A stretch of 62,105 nt of DNA, filler included, from Asterionella formosa (taxonomy: Eukaryota): the NCBI GenBank assembly GCA_002256025.1. It is 11 parts of 11 records of this genome, joined end to end, with 100 filler letters (N's around TTAATTAATTAA, not from the genome) between each part and the next. Parts side by side here need not be neighbours in the genome. Positions count along the whole stretch, not along the records: positions 33,967 to 39,520 come from NKIB01013017.1; positions 39,621 to 45,171 come from NKIB01013018.1; positions 45,272 to 50,822 come from NKIB01013020.1; 8 more parts are not named here. One strand, written 5' to 3'. Below, one piece after another: positions 36,150 to 49,066 of the stretch (position 1 is its first letter; each line of letters opens with the position of its first letter). The notes beneath the pieces are model-generated. The model was given only the letters and a program-made list of their open reading frames with translations, was not told where the DNA came from and did no database searches. Both the position numbers and the translations under genes were made by a program.

Positions 36150-37280
36150 ATCGTTGTGCAAGTAACAAGAAGGGTAGACCACATAAGGACCTTCACACAA
36201 ACCTGTCTCCACCTTGCTTGCTCATACCATTGAACATAAATGTCCTTGACTCTGCCCATTGACCACCCACTATGCACACTGGTGATAGAAGCTGATGAAG
36301 TTCCCCCTGGGCAGGCACTAGTATAAATAGCAGCCCCCTTCCATATACTGTGCATGCTGATGTTTTTTGATTCAATATCTTATTCGAATAGCTGTCCTTT
36401 CTTGGCTTCTGCTTTAAAATTAGATGATAATCTCTTAAATTGATTGTGACCAGGAGGGAATAAGCAACTATCTCCTTTATCAACATTATTAAATCTTCCC
36501 AAGTATACACCAAGAGAAAATATAGGACACACTTTCTGGTCAATTGGAATTGCATAAATATTTCTGGGATATTTTGATTGAGTCCCTTTCTGATCTGTCT
36601 TGGTGGTTGCAAAGTACTTACTCAGAGCATCGTCAGTACACTCCATATGTGACAAGCAGATTTGGCTTGTGCTATTGAAAATGCAAATCAAATTCCAAGT
36701 GAAGACCAGTAGGAATAGTAGGTGACCCCAAATGTCATCACCAGTTCCTAACTCAATAAACCAAGTGGGGGAATGGCTTAATTGGTTAGCACACCTCATG
36801 AGGTGGCGGGTTCGATTCCTGAACTATCCACCTGTATTTGTTTCATATAGTCCCTAGGGTTCTGGGGATGCAGCTGACAAAGAGACAGGTACTGTTGTGC
36901 CGTACAGACTCATAAAACTGGTACTAATTGTTTCCATTCAAGTGGGCATGAGTGCGAAATTGGATAGCTTTAACGTACTATAAAAATGTAATCAACTTTT
37001 AACTCAATGAACCAAGAACAAAGGAGGGGATATAGTTGATTGTTCATGGGTTCCTTACCCTCACAAATCTCTCCTAACTCATAATGATTCTCTACTGCAA
37101 TAATCCGATAAAAACCATGCAAAAGGTTGCTAAGTTCCTTCTCAAAATCAACGGTGAAACCTGTGCCATTATGTTGCCTGAATAATTTGAATAGAGCTGA
37201 TTGCTGATTCCCATAGTAGCTATTGGACAGCTGATCTTGCTTGTGTCCAAGAATGACAAAGGCTCTGGATTAAAGAACAT
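36150..37280 (-). mobile_element. Degenerate Crypton-type tyrosine recombinase, split by a SINE-like insertion
   Basis: EGKEPM..LY..LCSWFIELGT | WNLIC, DDAL..YFATTKTDQKG, PRNIYA.P...VCPIFSLGVY, HSIWKGAA, GWSMGRVKDIY and GDRFV. Confidence 0.85.
36766..36999 (+). mobile_element. tRNA-headed SINE-like retroposon, family B, with a 17-bp TSD
   Basis: GGGGGAATGGCTTAATTGGTTAGCAC (A-box) ... GGTTCGATTCC (B-box). Direct repeats TAACTCAAT(A/G)AACCAAG at 36749-36765 and 37000-37016. Confidence 0.8.
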
Positions 37281-37288
37281 AGTAGCAA

Positions 37289-37650
37289 ATGACTGTTTGT
37301 GAGAATATCACTCCAATTCTTGGCATTGCAAGCCGGATTTCAATTACCTGTGATTTTTGTAATGATAGAAAGTATATTGATCCTATGATTTGCAAAAACA
37401 AGGAAAGCATTCATGAGAAAGGCAATCAAATAGGAAACTTTGCAATCAACAACGTCTTCATTCTTGGATGTCACGAAGCAGGAATGAGTCCGGTTGACGC
37501 TGATATAATATGTTCGTCCCTTTGCAGAGTGGCTACTAGAGCAGGAAGGGAAAATTCAATCATCTGGAGCAACGACTTGACGAAGCTGAAATTGATGTAA
37601 CAGACCATTCAATGAGATAGGCAATGAATGAGGAGGTACGTCTTACTCGA
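37289..37650 (+). mobile_element. Possible Kolobok/Mutator-like transposase N-terminal fragment
   Basis: GIASRISITCDFC ... FAINNVFILG ... G...ICSSL ... AMNEEV pattern, recognised from memory only. Confidence 0.4.
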
Positions 37651-38237
37651 TCCCCTACACTCTTTGCATAAAAATTTCCGAAAATGCTGAATGAGTTGTC
37701 CGGGGAATTTGTGATTTCTTTTTTTCTCTAAATAGCTATGTAGCAAATCAATAATTATTTCTATCAATGATGGAAATTTTAAATGATCTTTTTACTAACC
37801 GAAATGAAAATCGAAAAATATAAACAATTTTTTACTATCATCAAACTTGTGGAGAGAAGTTGCAGTTATCCTCGTAGATTCTTCTTTAAAAACTTCGTAG
37901 CCTTTTTTTGGATAGTTATGATTCTCGGAGGGATAACTGCCAATTCTCTCCAGAAATGAGATCCTTACCATATCTGAATATAGATCATACGACACCTAAG
38001 TCGAACAATGACTTTATCTAAGTATGTGCAAAATGGTCGTATTGGTGACAGCTAGTTTTACCTTTAACTATTTTATTTAGTTGTTAGTAATCTGTGGATT
38101 GAGGTACGCACATCATAAAAATATTTTGGGAAAAACAGACCTCGCACTTTGTAACTGCAGGGCCGCAACCTTAAGAAAAGGGAGTTTCAGAACATGAGTA
38201 CATTTGCGGTTGTTAATGTAATTCTTGGGATCTGGGA

Positions 38238-38658
38238 TGTTAAAGTGAGCTCATCTACGTAGTTAGGACTCGGAGTCAAACGAGTCAAACGATTCGAATG
38301 AGTCCACTTTGATGTACCAAGCTCTCATCAACCACACATTATACTTTGCTACTCCGAATATAATGAGCCGGACAATATAAGCTATTTCGGAAGACCGATA
38401 GTTTGAAATGAATGATCATGGTTAAATACCTATGATCAGTAAGTGTGAGATAGACATGGGTCTATCTATGATTGTATGTTCCTAGAAATGCAAACAGCAT
38501 TTGGAGAATAGTTCGTTTGTTTTGTTCAAACAGAACAACCTAAACTAGATTAGTAAACTCACAATAAGAATATAGAAACGGAAAGAGAAACGAACGTCTC
38601 TATCTATAGTCTTCTTTGTCTAACGATATAGATCTATACTAAAGGTAATACTTTAACA
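38238..38658 (+). mobile_element. 5' LTR of a Ty1/Copia element
   Basis: TGTTAAAGT ... ACTTTAACA (9-bp inverted termini), 29 nt upstream of the gag ATG. Ends ATACTTTAACA like the LTR at 3427. Confidence 0.75.
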
Positions 38659-38687
38659 CGTTTATAAACGGACTTAAGTGTTTTAAC

Positions 38688-39520
38688 ATGTCTACAGAAA
38701 TGTCTGAAGAGAGCATGAGGCTCATCAAGTTTGATGGCAACGAAACGAACTGGTACCAGTGGAGCGTTAAAACGCTCGCTCTGGCGAAGGCAAGAGGATT
38801 CCGAACGATGTACTCCAAGAACCATAACCCGTGTTCTGACGAAGAGTACGAAGTCGAGACAGACAAAGGAGTCAGGGCTATCTACGAGGCCAACGACAAG
38901 GCGTACCAGTTGCTCATCATGAGCTGCACCGGAATCGCCTTCGGACTCGTAAACCAAGCCAAAACGAAAACGTTGATCGATGGCGATGCATACATGGCGT
39001 GGAAGAACCTCGAAGCGAGGTATGCCCCCCATTCTGTGTCGGACCTGATCCAGCTGGCAAGCGATTTCAACAAATGCAAGCTGAACGATAGCTCCTCTGA
39101 TCCAGACGAATGGTTCATTGAGCTCGATCTAATACAAAGCAAGATGATGGCGATCGACCCGTCATTTGAGAAGAAAGAAATGGAAGTGATTGCGAACGTT
39201 ATCGACAAGCTTCCAGTGGAGTACAGCGAGGTTGTTACAGTCGTCGAGGGCATGACAACAATCAGCCTCAACGAATTGAAAGGCAAAATCCGAGCATTCT
39301 ACAAACGAAAGCTAAAGGGCACGAAGAGCACAAAGGAGATCGCCCTATTCACGCAGAAATACAGAGGTATCTGCAAGAACTGCGGCAAACAAGGGCACAA
39401 GGCCGACGTGTGCCGATCGAAAACGAACACAAGCGGAACGAATGCAAACGGTACGAACGAAAAAAATGAGATAAAGTGCTATAATTGCAATAAATATGTC
39501 GGGCATATTGCAAGAGACTG
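38688..39520 (+). CDS. Copia gag polyprotein (3'-partial, intact frame)
   Basis: KFDG..NW..W, UBN2-like core (AY..L, AW.NL..RY, DPDEWF.EL, LP.EY) and Zn knuckles CKNCGKQGHKADVC and CYNCNKYVGHIARDC. Confidence 0.9.
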
Positions 39521-39631
39521 NNNNNNNNNNNNNNNNNNNNNNNNNNNNNNNNNNNNNNNNNNNNTTAATTAATTAANNNNNNNNNNNNNNNNNNNNNNNN
39601 NNNNNNNNNNNNNNNNNNNNTTGTTTTTTTT

Positions 39632-39642
39632 TGTTGTGGTGG

Positions 39643-39715
<73 letters not shown>
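39632..39715. repeat. (TTG)n microsatellite at a contig end
   Basis: Direct observation. Confidence 0.95.
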
Positions 39716-39717
<2 letters not shown>

Positions 39718-40169
39718 CCCTAGATGGACATAGATGATGAGATGATACATTCTATCCATGGCCCTTCAAACACAACTAGCTTGAATACCACGGAATTGAT
39801 GATAACTATTCCTCACCTTCGAAATGTTGAATATCAAACAATTGTCAGAGGTTATGAAGATTCTAAATGCACATTAAAGGATCTTGTGAGAATGTCCGAT
39901 TTTCTGGGTTCTCAGATTTAAATTTCGATGAGATGATTAGAATTCGAGCGCATGGCAGTTGGTTTGTTTGTGTGGTGAGGAGAATTTATTGGTTTGGCGA
40001 TCGTTGGATGAGATCTGTCATGTTCAGGAATGTTGCTGTTGGCAATGATGCAATCGCTATTATTGTAGTTGATATATATGATCATGCATTTGGGTCACCT
40101 CTGCTGCTCGTGGTTTATGTACCACCTGGAATCCTCCTTGTCTGGAACTCGCCATGTTTGATCACGCAA

Positions 40170-40660
40170 GAGGCTCCTTACCAGGGGGTCAGCTATTTCG
40201 AGCCAAGGTACAAGTCTTATTAAAGGGGGCACAACCCTGGTTGCACTGGTCTCCACCCTGGGGTGTCATGTTAAATTTCCCATGTCCATGTCCACTACTG
40301 CACAAGATGATATCCTGAATGAGCATTTTGATTCTGACAGCTATCCTATTATGATAGACAAATGCTGCTCCAAGTGCATGACAAATTGTCGATCCGATTT
40401 TGTCGGCATTCCCCAGCCAGTACAGGCTCGAATTAGCGGAGTAGGAAGTCCTGCACCCGTCCTCTTCAAGGGCACCGTAAAATGGCGTATTGAGGATGAC
40501 CTTGGAAGGACTCACAATTTCCTGATTCCAGGTACCTACTATGCACCGTCAGTCCCGTTTCGCATGTTTTCACCCCAGCACTGGAGCCAGGAATCTTGTA
40601 ACAAGGGAGGAGTGGAGATGGGAACCTGGTGCGCTACATATGAAGACAAAGCGATTATTG
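40170..40660 (+). mobile_element. CoDi-type Copia protease-region fragment
   Basis: FDSDSYPIMID..CS.CMTN..DF, GTVKWRIEDDLGRTH.F.IP.TYY.P and RMFSPQHW. Confidence 0.75.
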
Positions 40661-42959
40661 ACATTACTGTCCACCACAATACCCCTCCAAACACTCCAAT
40701 TTCTTTTGTCTCGGTTGAATATGAAGGGCTGGACGGTCTATTCTTTTATCACAAAAAATGGTGAAGATTCAACTCAAATATAGGAATGAGATCATCGAGC
40801 GTTGTGTTCACCATCGCAGTATTACAATTCAGAATATCATTGTTGCAAGCATGGAAGGCGACGCCCATTGTACCGAGCACCACACCGATATTTTCCACAA
40901 AATATCTTCTAATGAACCTGGCACAGATAACATTCTCAATTTCCCTAATCAACTTAATCGAATTTGTGAGGAATTTTTCTCCCTTGGCATCTTTGAAGAA
41001 AATGTAATAAATTTGGTCACCTTCAGCCTCCATTGCCTTGAGGATGCTTGTCAACACTCCCGGCTTAAGCATGAACATCATCTCTGATTCTGGGTTAATC
41101 ATGCAATGGCCTCTTCACCACAAACCCATTGAATGAAGGGGTGTATCAAAGGCAAATTGTATTGAGCGAGAGTTCGTGGTTGAAGTAAGGAATCTTGTAG
41201 CTCTGATGTCAGTTGCCTGTCAATGTACTCCACATAAACAAAAACGGATTTATTGATGTATTCTACCACATCATACCGAATACCATATAATTCAGTGTCC
41301 TGGCCCCCTCAATGTACAATGCCATGACTGAATTTGACTGATTTTACTTAAGGGTAGGGGGACAGGAAAATGAAGAGATTTCCCTTATAATGGACCTACC
41401 TACATTCATTTTATCTGTTCTACAGGATGGAGCTCATTTTTCTAATATGTATTAATACGACAACTATTTCTGTCCGGTGAAAAATGAGAAAGTTCTTTGC
41501 CTCACAAGAAAAACGCGACTTTATGTTGCTATCGGCGATCTCAATTTTCGATATCATTATTAGTGTTATTACTTTACTTCTTTCACCATTTTATTTTCTA
41601 ATGTCATGTTTAATGTATGTACTAGCAAGCAGCAAAGCGTTTTTCTCAATTTGCGCGGAGATAATTCGTATTTTTGTCATGTCATGGTTGCTATAACATG
41701 ATGCAGGATTCTCGAGCTACTCACAACACTACCTTCATACTCTAGTGTTTTATATGGACAAAGTAATCCCAAATTCGGAGCTAAATATTTATATACCAGT
41801 GCCTACGAGAAAAACAGAATTACAGTATGTTACTTTGTCTATGTCTAGAAATTATTGGGTGTGCAGCAACCTCAGGGGGGGGGAGGCCAGGACTCTGAAT
41901 TATATGGTACGTGTACGGAATTCATGCATTCTCACGCTTGTGTATATTCGGAGAAACAAATAATTGAGTTGGTAGATGCTACGAATTTGTAGCTCTCATG
42001 CAGTAAAAGTTGCTAGAAAAATGGTTCTACACAATTGTTTGTTTTACTTTGTTTGCTAATAGCGATTGCTTTTATAAAAGAGTGAGCTTTATGTAAATGT
42101 AAATTTGAAATGTATAGTTTTCAAACTTCCAAGCTAATGCATGTTTCAAAATAGAGGTGATATTCGGTGGTGAGGTTCATTTATGTTCCCAACTTGAATT
42201 GAGAATAAACTACATCCTCTTCCTTAATACACTTTGTCTAATCTTGACCTGTCTCGACTTAGGCCAGTTGCTGTTTGAGAGATGACTGATTAAAGAATGA
42301 TCCTGTTAATCATAACTAGATCATATCTAGTTTGCTTCTTTAATTTTCCTTGATGTTGTGGACATATCTGTAATTGTCTAATCAATCATTTATTGATTTG
42401 GCCTCTAGGTCTGATCACCTTCTAGAGTCCATTTAAAAGGTTAGAGAGAACTTCTCCTGAAAGTTCCTCTCTAAACTCTGGCATTTTACACGCGATATTC
42501 AATCATGTGTCTTTGAATCAATTATCTAGTGGATTGTGGTACATGTTACTAATCAGGTCACTAGAGACGAAAATATATTGACACTCTCATAACCTGATCT
42601 AGAATCTGGAATCTCTATATGTTTCACCAATGGAGCCATGTTCTATTTTACATTTATTTACATTGTAAAAAAGTAGATTACGTTTTATTGTTACATTTTA
42701 TCTGGTACCGGTAGACTACTTTCAAGGACTGTATCATAACAGTTTTACCGATCTCTTGAATAGTAAAATATCTTGATGATTTCTGATGCCAGCAATGATG
42801 TGCAATCATAACTATTATGTAGATCGCTGATATGCTGTAGTAGAACATTGTGTCGTCAGAGTACAATACAACCTGTTCTATCTCCCAATAATAGTGCACA
42901 TACGCTTGAATCCATTCGGCGTGAATGTTGGCAAGAGCTGAGGCGAAAAGAAGCAGCTC

Positions 42960-44807
42960 ATGAAGCGAAGAGGATACTCATTGGCCTCGAAGTCCTCTGT
43001 CGATTTCAGTAATATTATGGTCAAGACAAGAGAGGCTGGAAAAGGGAGGAACGAACTTGATCTTAGCTTGTCAAGTCTTGGCTCTTCCATTCTTGAAGAG
43101 GAAGAGCACAATGACATCAGAAACTACGCTTTGCTGATTGCCTTGTATACTCTACAGGGAATTCCGATGGGTCTATCCGCGTCCATTCCTTTTTTGATCC
43201 AGCAGAAGGTCAAACTGATTGCTTCGGCGGCCGCTCTTGCTTCCACTGCGGGGGCGGCTGGGGCTGCTTCTTCACCGACAGGCGCAGTGGCCGTTTCTGC
43301 TGCACGACTTTCATATAACGCTAACGCAATCTTTGCACTTTGTTCTTGGCCCTTTTCCATGAAATTGTTATGGGCGCCAATTGTTGACGCCGTGTTCTTC
43401 AAGCAGTTTGGTCGAAGAAAGTCTTGGTTGGTTCCAGTACAATTTATGGCTGGTTTGATTATGATATTGGGATCTGGTTTTGTAGAAAAGGAATTGGGCT
43501 TGGGATCCCTTGGTAATGTTGCTGAAACTGTTGCCGAAGGGGTGCAAGCTGCTATTACTGATATAGTCGCCCCCATGAATGTCAAGGGTGTCACGGCTTT
43601 CTTTTTCGTTTTGTATTTTCTCATGGCGACTCAAGATATTGCTGTAGATGGATGGGCACTCACTATGCTTTCAAAAAATAATCGCGGTCGAGGACCCATT
43701 TGCAATTCTATCGGACAGAACATTGGATATTTTCTGAGCTTTGTTGGGTTTCTTGCGCTAAATGACGCAGAATCCAGTGAGACAATTTGGAGACCACTTT
43801 TTCGACTACCGAGTAAACCCGGTCAAGGATTGGTCAGTCTAGGTGGATTCATAAAATTTATGGGAATATTCATGGTGGTCATAACTGCAATTGTTGCTGT
43901 CTTCAAAAATGAAGGGAAATACTACCCAAACAAAAGCTTTATTTCGCAAGAAAGCTTGTTCAAACCTCTGGGAAACCAAAAAAAAGAAACGGAAGATGAG
44001 GAGGAGTTGGATGCTGCTGTGATTGGAATCAAAGAAACCTACCATCGGTTATGGGCTGTTTGCAAACTGCCAGCAGTTCAAATGCTATTTGTCATTTTAT
44101 TGACATATCGACTCCCCACAGCTTTGAGCGATAATGTTAAGTTCCTCAAGGCGGTTGAGTTCGGAATGAGCAAGTCCACGACTGCCCTGCTTTCTCCAAT
44201 TTTAATTCTGCCCCTAGGCATCATCGTTCCCATTGTTGCAGCGAGAATATGGCATGGTCATCCACTTCGACAATTCATGATTGCCTATAAATTAAGAGTC
44301 ACGGTGGTCCCTCTTTTGGACGCCTTGATGTTACATGTCGTAAAACAGGAAAAGGCAGTATCACAAAGCCTCCATTGGTTTGCAATCATTGCTTCTACAG
44401 CAGCGCAAACCGTTGTAAACAGCCTTCAATTTAACGCGCAAATGACTTTCTTTGCCTCTCGTGTTGACCCTGCAATCGGAGGAACCTATATGACTCTACT
44501 AAATACAGCTGCTAACCTCGGTGGTACTTGGCCAGCTTCTGTCATTATGTACGCTGTAGGGGCACTTACAAAATCACCAACATGTACCGTTGATGGCTCC
44601 GGAATCGAAACTTGTTCTGGTGGTGTTGACGCCTACCTTCCGTTGCAAATAGGTCTGAGTATTATCGGAGTGGCGTGGATCTTTCTCCTTGGTACTCATG
44701 TCAGCAAAGTTGCTGAGTTACCAGATGAATCCTGGAGGACTCATTTGCTGGATGACCAAGATTCATGTGGGGATGAAGAGAATCCAAAGAATTCCAAGAA
44801 CAAGTGA
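42960..44807 (+). CDS. SLC33A1: Acetyl-CoA transporter 1 (MFS, AT-1/AmpG family)
   Basis: LYTLQGIPMGL, WPFSMKLLWAPIVD, GRRKSWLVP, ATQDIAVDGWALTML and DPAIGGTYMTLLNT. Confidence 0.93.
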   Translation: MKRRGYSLASKSSVDFSNIMVKTREAGKGRNELDLSLSSLGSSILEEEEHNDIRNYALLIALYTLQGIPMGLSASIPFLIQQKVKLIASAAALASTAGAAGAASSPTGAVAVSAARLSYNANAIFALCSWPFSMKLLWAPIVDAVFFKQFGRRKSWLVPVQFMAGLIMILGSGFVEKELGLGSLGNVAETVAEGVQAAITDIVAPMNVKGVTAFFFVLYFLMATQDIAVDGWALTMLSKNNRGRGPICNSIGQNIGYFLSFVGFLALNDAESSETIWRPLFRLPSKPGQGLVSLGGFIKFMGIFMVVITAIVAVFKNEGKYYPNKSFISQESLFKPLGNQKKETEDEEELDAAVIGIKETYHRLWAVCKLPAVQMLFVILLTYRLPTALSDNVKFLKAVEFGMSKSTTALLSPILILPLGIIVPIVAARIWHGHPLRQFMIAYKLRVTVVPLLDALMLHVVKQEKAVSQSLHWFAIIASTAAQTVVNSLQFNAQMTFFASRVDPAIGGTYMTLLNTAANLGGTWPASVIMYAVGALTKSPTCTVDGSGIETCSGGVDAYLPLQIGLSIIGVAWIFLLGTHVSKVAELPDESWRTHLLDDQDSCGDEENPKNSKNK

Positions 44808-45757
44808 TATGCTTGGGACTGAATGTCCATTTCGGCCAGTTGAGTATTCCCTATGGCTACGCGACTCTCCTGCCGCCACGATACAATAATTGTATGGTAT
44901 AGATATAGAAAAGAATATTGTTCAAGCTGTAACGTAAAATGCAATCGTCTGCGAGTCAACATTCATAGCAGGCCAGTCGAGTTAGAATAGAGAATTCATG
45001 ATGATCCGTGAATGAAATATCAGTGAGAACCCTTTAAAGTCCTGAGCGACACAGTAACTATCAAGAGCAAGCCTTTCATCATTCTTAATTCGAAACCATG
45101 CAAGTCCCAGTAACAAGCAACCATGCTTTAGCTTCCCGATAAAAATTGTCAGAATGTGTCTTTAGTCCTAANNNNNNNNNNNNNNNNNNNNNNNNNNNNN
45201 NNNNNNNNNNNNNNNTTAATTAATTAANNNNNNNNNNNNNNNNNNNNNNNNNNNNNNNNNNNNNNNNNNNNTTTGTGATCATTCGTTTACTAACGAACAC
45301 GTTCCTGACGTCGGAAAAAGGTGAGTGACTCTTGTTCGTTGAAGAGTGATGCGTTACCCAGGTACCGTACCGGAAGTCTATTAGACTATAGTAGCTATAG
45401 CTCGATTTTCTATCAGACAGTTGAATAAAATATAAAATGGATCGAATCTCGCTCCTCACATCACACTGTTAGAGTCGTAGATTCGAATCTCCGAACAAAC
45501 GTGGTTTTCTGGCGCGTAGATTCGTCAACACACGACTGATGCATGCATTATAGTAGACATGCATACAATCTGGTATATTTAAACAGTAAACATCAGAATG
45601 TTCATACTTCTACAAAGTTCGTGCATAGAATACCGCTTGTTGTAAGCAAAAGTTGGGGTAGTTTTCTTCTATCATCAGCCAGTATACTCTTATCATTTCG
45701 CAGAGGGAGCAACAACAAGAAAATTTGACCCTCCTAGTATGAATACCAACTACCCTT

Positions 45758-45787
45758 CTACCTACCTACCTACCTACCTACCTACCT
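45758..45787. repeat. (CCTA)n microsatellite
   Basis: Direct observation. Confidence 0.9.
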
Positions 45788-47390
45788 GTATCAATACATG
45801 TGTTGCATTGTTTTGAGTCGATTTCCAGGTAGTACCCATAGTATAGAATGTCTAGGAGTCAAATTATATTCCAGCATCCAGCATGCCTGCTGATGTCCTG
45901 ATAGACAAACATTTGCATATATCGCAGGAGTCACCATAGCCATGGTTACTATATAGTAATGGCTGCCTGGAAAAACAACATTTGTAAGGAAATTTGGGGA
46001 TAGAGTTAGTATCAATTGAAGCATTGACTTATGAAATGATATCTTCTCATGGTACCTGCCCTACGGTTGTCAGGATTTAACAAGTAGGTTCTGGCTAATT
46101 ATGAGCTTAACGATAAGTGTATCTATATTAGCTCCTAGTCCAAGGGGACTCACAAGGGTCTTGATGGGAAGGGTATGTACTAGGTGTCAAGAATCCATGC
46201 TAGTTGTCATGTTTTATCCTAGTAGCATTGGTACGTCTATTCTAGCTAGAGGTACATCTGTACCAATAGTTATCACGTAACAGATAGCTGCAGGTACATA
46301 ATGCAATATGTACTACGAGCTACATACTAGTAACCGTGTGTATATCATCACGTACTAATCATTATCATTCTCGTGTACATGTATATGTACTACTTATGGG
46401 TTCCATGGTAGTAGTGTGCGTAATGTAAAAGTGTACTGGTACCATACCAGGTACACCTTTCACTTATGGTTGACGTGGAATACATACAGAGTGTGTATTG
46501 TGTAAATCTCTACAGTGAGAGCAAACAAGTATATGGTCTGTATAGAAGAGCCTAGAAGATTAACGTTGTTTAGGACCTATAGTACAATCTAATGATATAG
46601 TATATCTGGCGTGGTACATACTGTATCATTCTTGGTAAGCACCTAGTACAGTAATTGACTTTCTACTGATTGCAAAACGATTCCTTGGGTCCCAGCAGAA
46701 ATGCAACTTTTTCTACTTTTATTGCCTGAACTATTAAACTATTAGCAATTAGCAAATAGCAATTATCAATTACAGTAATGAAGTTCAGTATTCACCACCA
46801 ATGTCATGCATGCTTTGCCGGAGTTAGGATTAACAATCTTGAAGAACCCTAACCCTAGCCAGCTATACTTCCAGCATCCTCATTGTCCACCATCACTCAT
46901 GATGATCTTAGCTGATGTCATTTTCTTTTTCCATTATCAATCATCAGCATGTATGGTTGGGGCTGACATCATCACCCAACAGGTTGTCTCAGGCCAGATC
47001 ACAACATAGATACGAAGTGGAAAAATATGTTGCTCAGCTTATTGTTATAATAAAAAAATGAAAATATGGAATAGTGGTTACCCCAAATTCGGAAAAGAAT
47101 TTACGACAAATTGAAAGAAGCCGTATGGGCTATCAAGTGGCTGGTGATTGTCTTGTGTTTTGAAAGATTGCTCCCAAAAACTAGCATTTGCAATGACTAT
47201 GATGTGTTGATATCTTTGGATGCGATACCTGAAGTGCCGGCGTTCCAATGCTATCACTATTGCAACCCTTGGTGGATTCGAATTGTATTGGTGTGGAGAA
47301 TGATGATTTGCTCATTGCAATGGAAAATTCGCAAGTAGGGTTGGGACAAGTCTGGTCACCGCTGCTTTTGGGCTAGAAGATATGATTATT

Positions 47391-47540
47391 CCCACTATTT
47401 CTTGCCACCAGGAAAGTTTGTGCGAGATGGTTAGGAGTATGGGATTCGAACCCAATAATTGCTTCTCAAAAAAATTTGCGGGAATCGAATCTCACAATCT
47501 CAGATCAAATGCAACGTGCTAAACCACTAAGCCATTCCCT
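47391..47540 (-). mobile_element. tRNA-headed SINE-like element, family A 5' portion
   Basis: Reverse complement reads GGGAATGGCTTAGTGGTTTAGCACGTTGC..GATTCGATTCCC..TTTTTTTGAGAAGCAAT..GGTTCGAATCCC..CCTGGTGGCAAGAAAATAGTGG, collinear with 641-800. Confidence 0.8.
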
Positions 47541-48329
47541 CAGGAGGAGTGATTATAATACAAACATCCTCATCACTATAATTTTGCTGAGTCTGATGCA
47601 CACATTGAAGAGATAAGGAGAAAACAGCTACCAATAATGTTTTACTGTTACTGAGCTATATTTGTGAAATACTATATCTCTGTAAAGATTCGATTAAAAC
47701 AATTTATAGACGGAAAAAAATTAATTTGTATGTGCCTCTGTTAAGGTTCCTGGGAGTTGACAGAAACTCCGAAGTAAGAAAAGTCACACACGCATAAATG
47801 CAGAAATTTGGAAAAGAATGCAGATAAACATCACATATTGGGGTGTTTTCCTCCTGTTCTTTAGCGGTTTTTGTGCGTTTGTCTCCGGGTTTTTGCATTC
47901 TTTTAAGGTATTTTCTTCCAAACTCTCTCAATTTGATACTAACAGGTATATGACATCTTGCCATGTATTGGAAGAACATTTCATATTGCCTCTGGATGTT
48001 TAATGATTCATAAGAACTCTCTTTGATGAGGAGTAGATAGCTGCTCATACTTTTCAAGAAGTATGCGAACTTCGAAAAAAACGCGAGCTTCTCAGAAGTA
48101 TGCAAAATTTGCACAAAAATGAGCCACTAGAATTTTCCATGATTTTTGGAAAATAAACAGCAAGGTTCATGCATGAGATACACATGAGGAATTTTTTCAC
48201 ATAGCAAGGAAGCACGGAGTTTCCAGGACCTCCCTGCATTTTATACTGTATACGTTGTAATAGAAGACCATACACAAGGCAACATTGACATTCCATCACA
48301 CATAAGTATGATAAAAAAGAAATAGAACC

Positions 48330-48820
48330 CTGCACTCAATTGAGATCTGCATCATACTATACTGGTGAAGCTGATTTTCTAATTGGAACCATGCAAACAG
48401 CTCTCACCTGATAGTAGAAGACAGCTAGTAGCAGCCCCCCCACCCCCCCCAAATACAACCCTGATCATTCCAATCTGTGTGTGCTTGCCTGGTTGCTCTT
48501 CAATCAACTCCCTTTACATGATCAGAAGTTATTGCTGAATATTGAAACATAGAGTACAATACAATATTGTGTTGAAAGATATCAAACTAAGTTAGTACAA
48601 GAAAAGCATTGCTTGGTGGCAATATTGACATCATGGTAAACGACTAAACAATTTAACATATAAGATCAACAACAATACATCTTCAAAGTGTAGGCATTGA
48701 TACAGGCCATGATACATCGGCCCTTGTGGCTGTAGATAGATACAATTGAAATAAAAGAACAGAACAGAATGACAAAAAAAGACAGAAGCAATCAAAACAG
48801 ACTATGGAAGCAATCACATT
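48330..48820 (+). repeat. Old dispersed repeat homologous to 22840-23330
   Basis: Shared blocks in the same order. Confidence 0.75.
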
Positions 48821-49066
48821 GCAAATCAGGCAACAAATATACTAGTATACTGACCTCAGGTCAATACCGATAAGGCAGGTCGCCCCATTTCGCACGTGCG
48901 ATGCACAGACGTTGAAATGGTTGAGAGCCAAGCATCATCTCCGCCTCAAGAAAAACGTGGTAGAAAGATCTGTTCACAATTATTGAAGGCTCATTTAATG
49001 AACGTGTTTGCATATTAGGATGAAGCTCTTGCGGCCGGCCATGGTGATAATGCGTGCGTTATTATC

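Noticed and set aside
36767..36833. Possible functional tRNA gene (also 641-712 and 47470-47540)
   Set aside because: A and B boxes are present, but the acceptor and anticodon arms do not form a proper cloverleaf. Two of the three sit inside TSD-flanked inserts and the third is homologous to one of them, so they are treated as SINE heads.
39565..39759. Poly-Q protein
   Set aside because: Translation of a (CAA)n microsatellite at a contig end.
40749..41340. ORF fragments here and at 8087-8480, 9493-9759, 34950-35370, 47704-48335 and 58200-59250
   Set aside because: Probably decayed coding or TE sequence, but I could not assign a family from motifs.
45274..45529. Possible solo LTR (TGTGAT..ATCACA)
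   Set aside because: Only a 6-bp inverted match at a contig edge; no TSD, PBS or second copy to support it.
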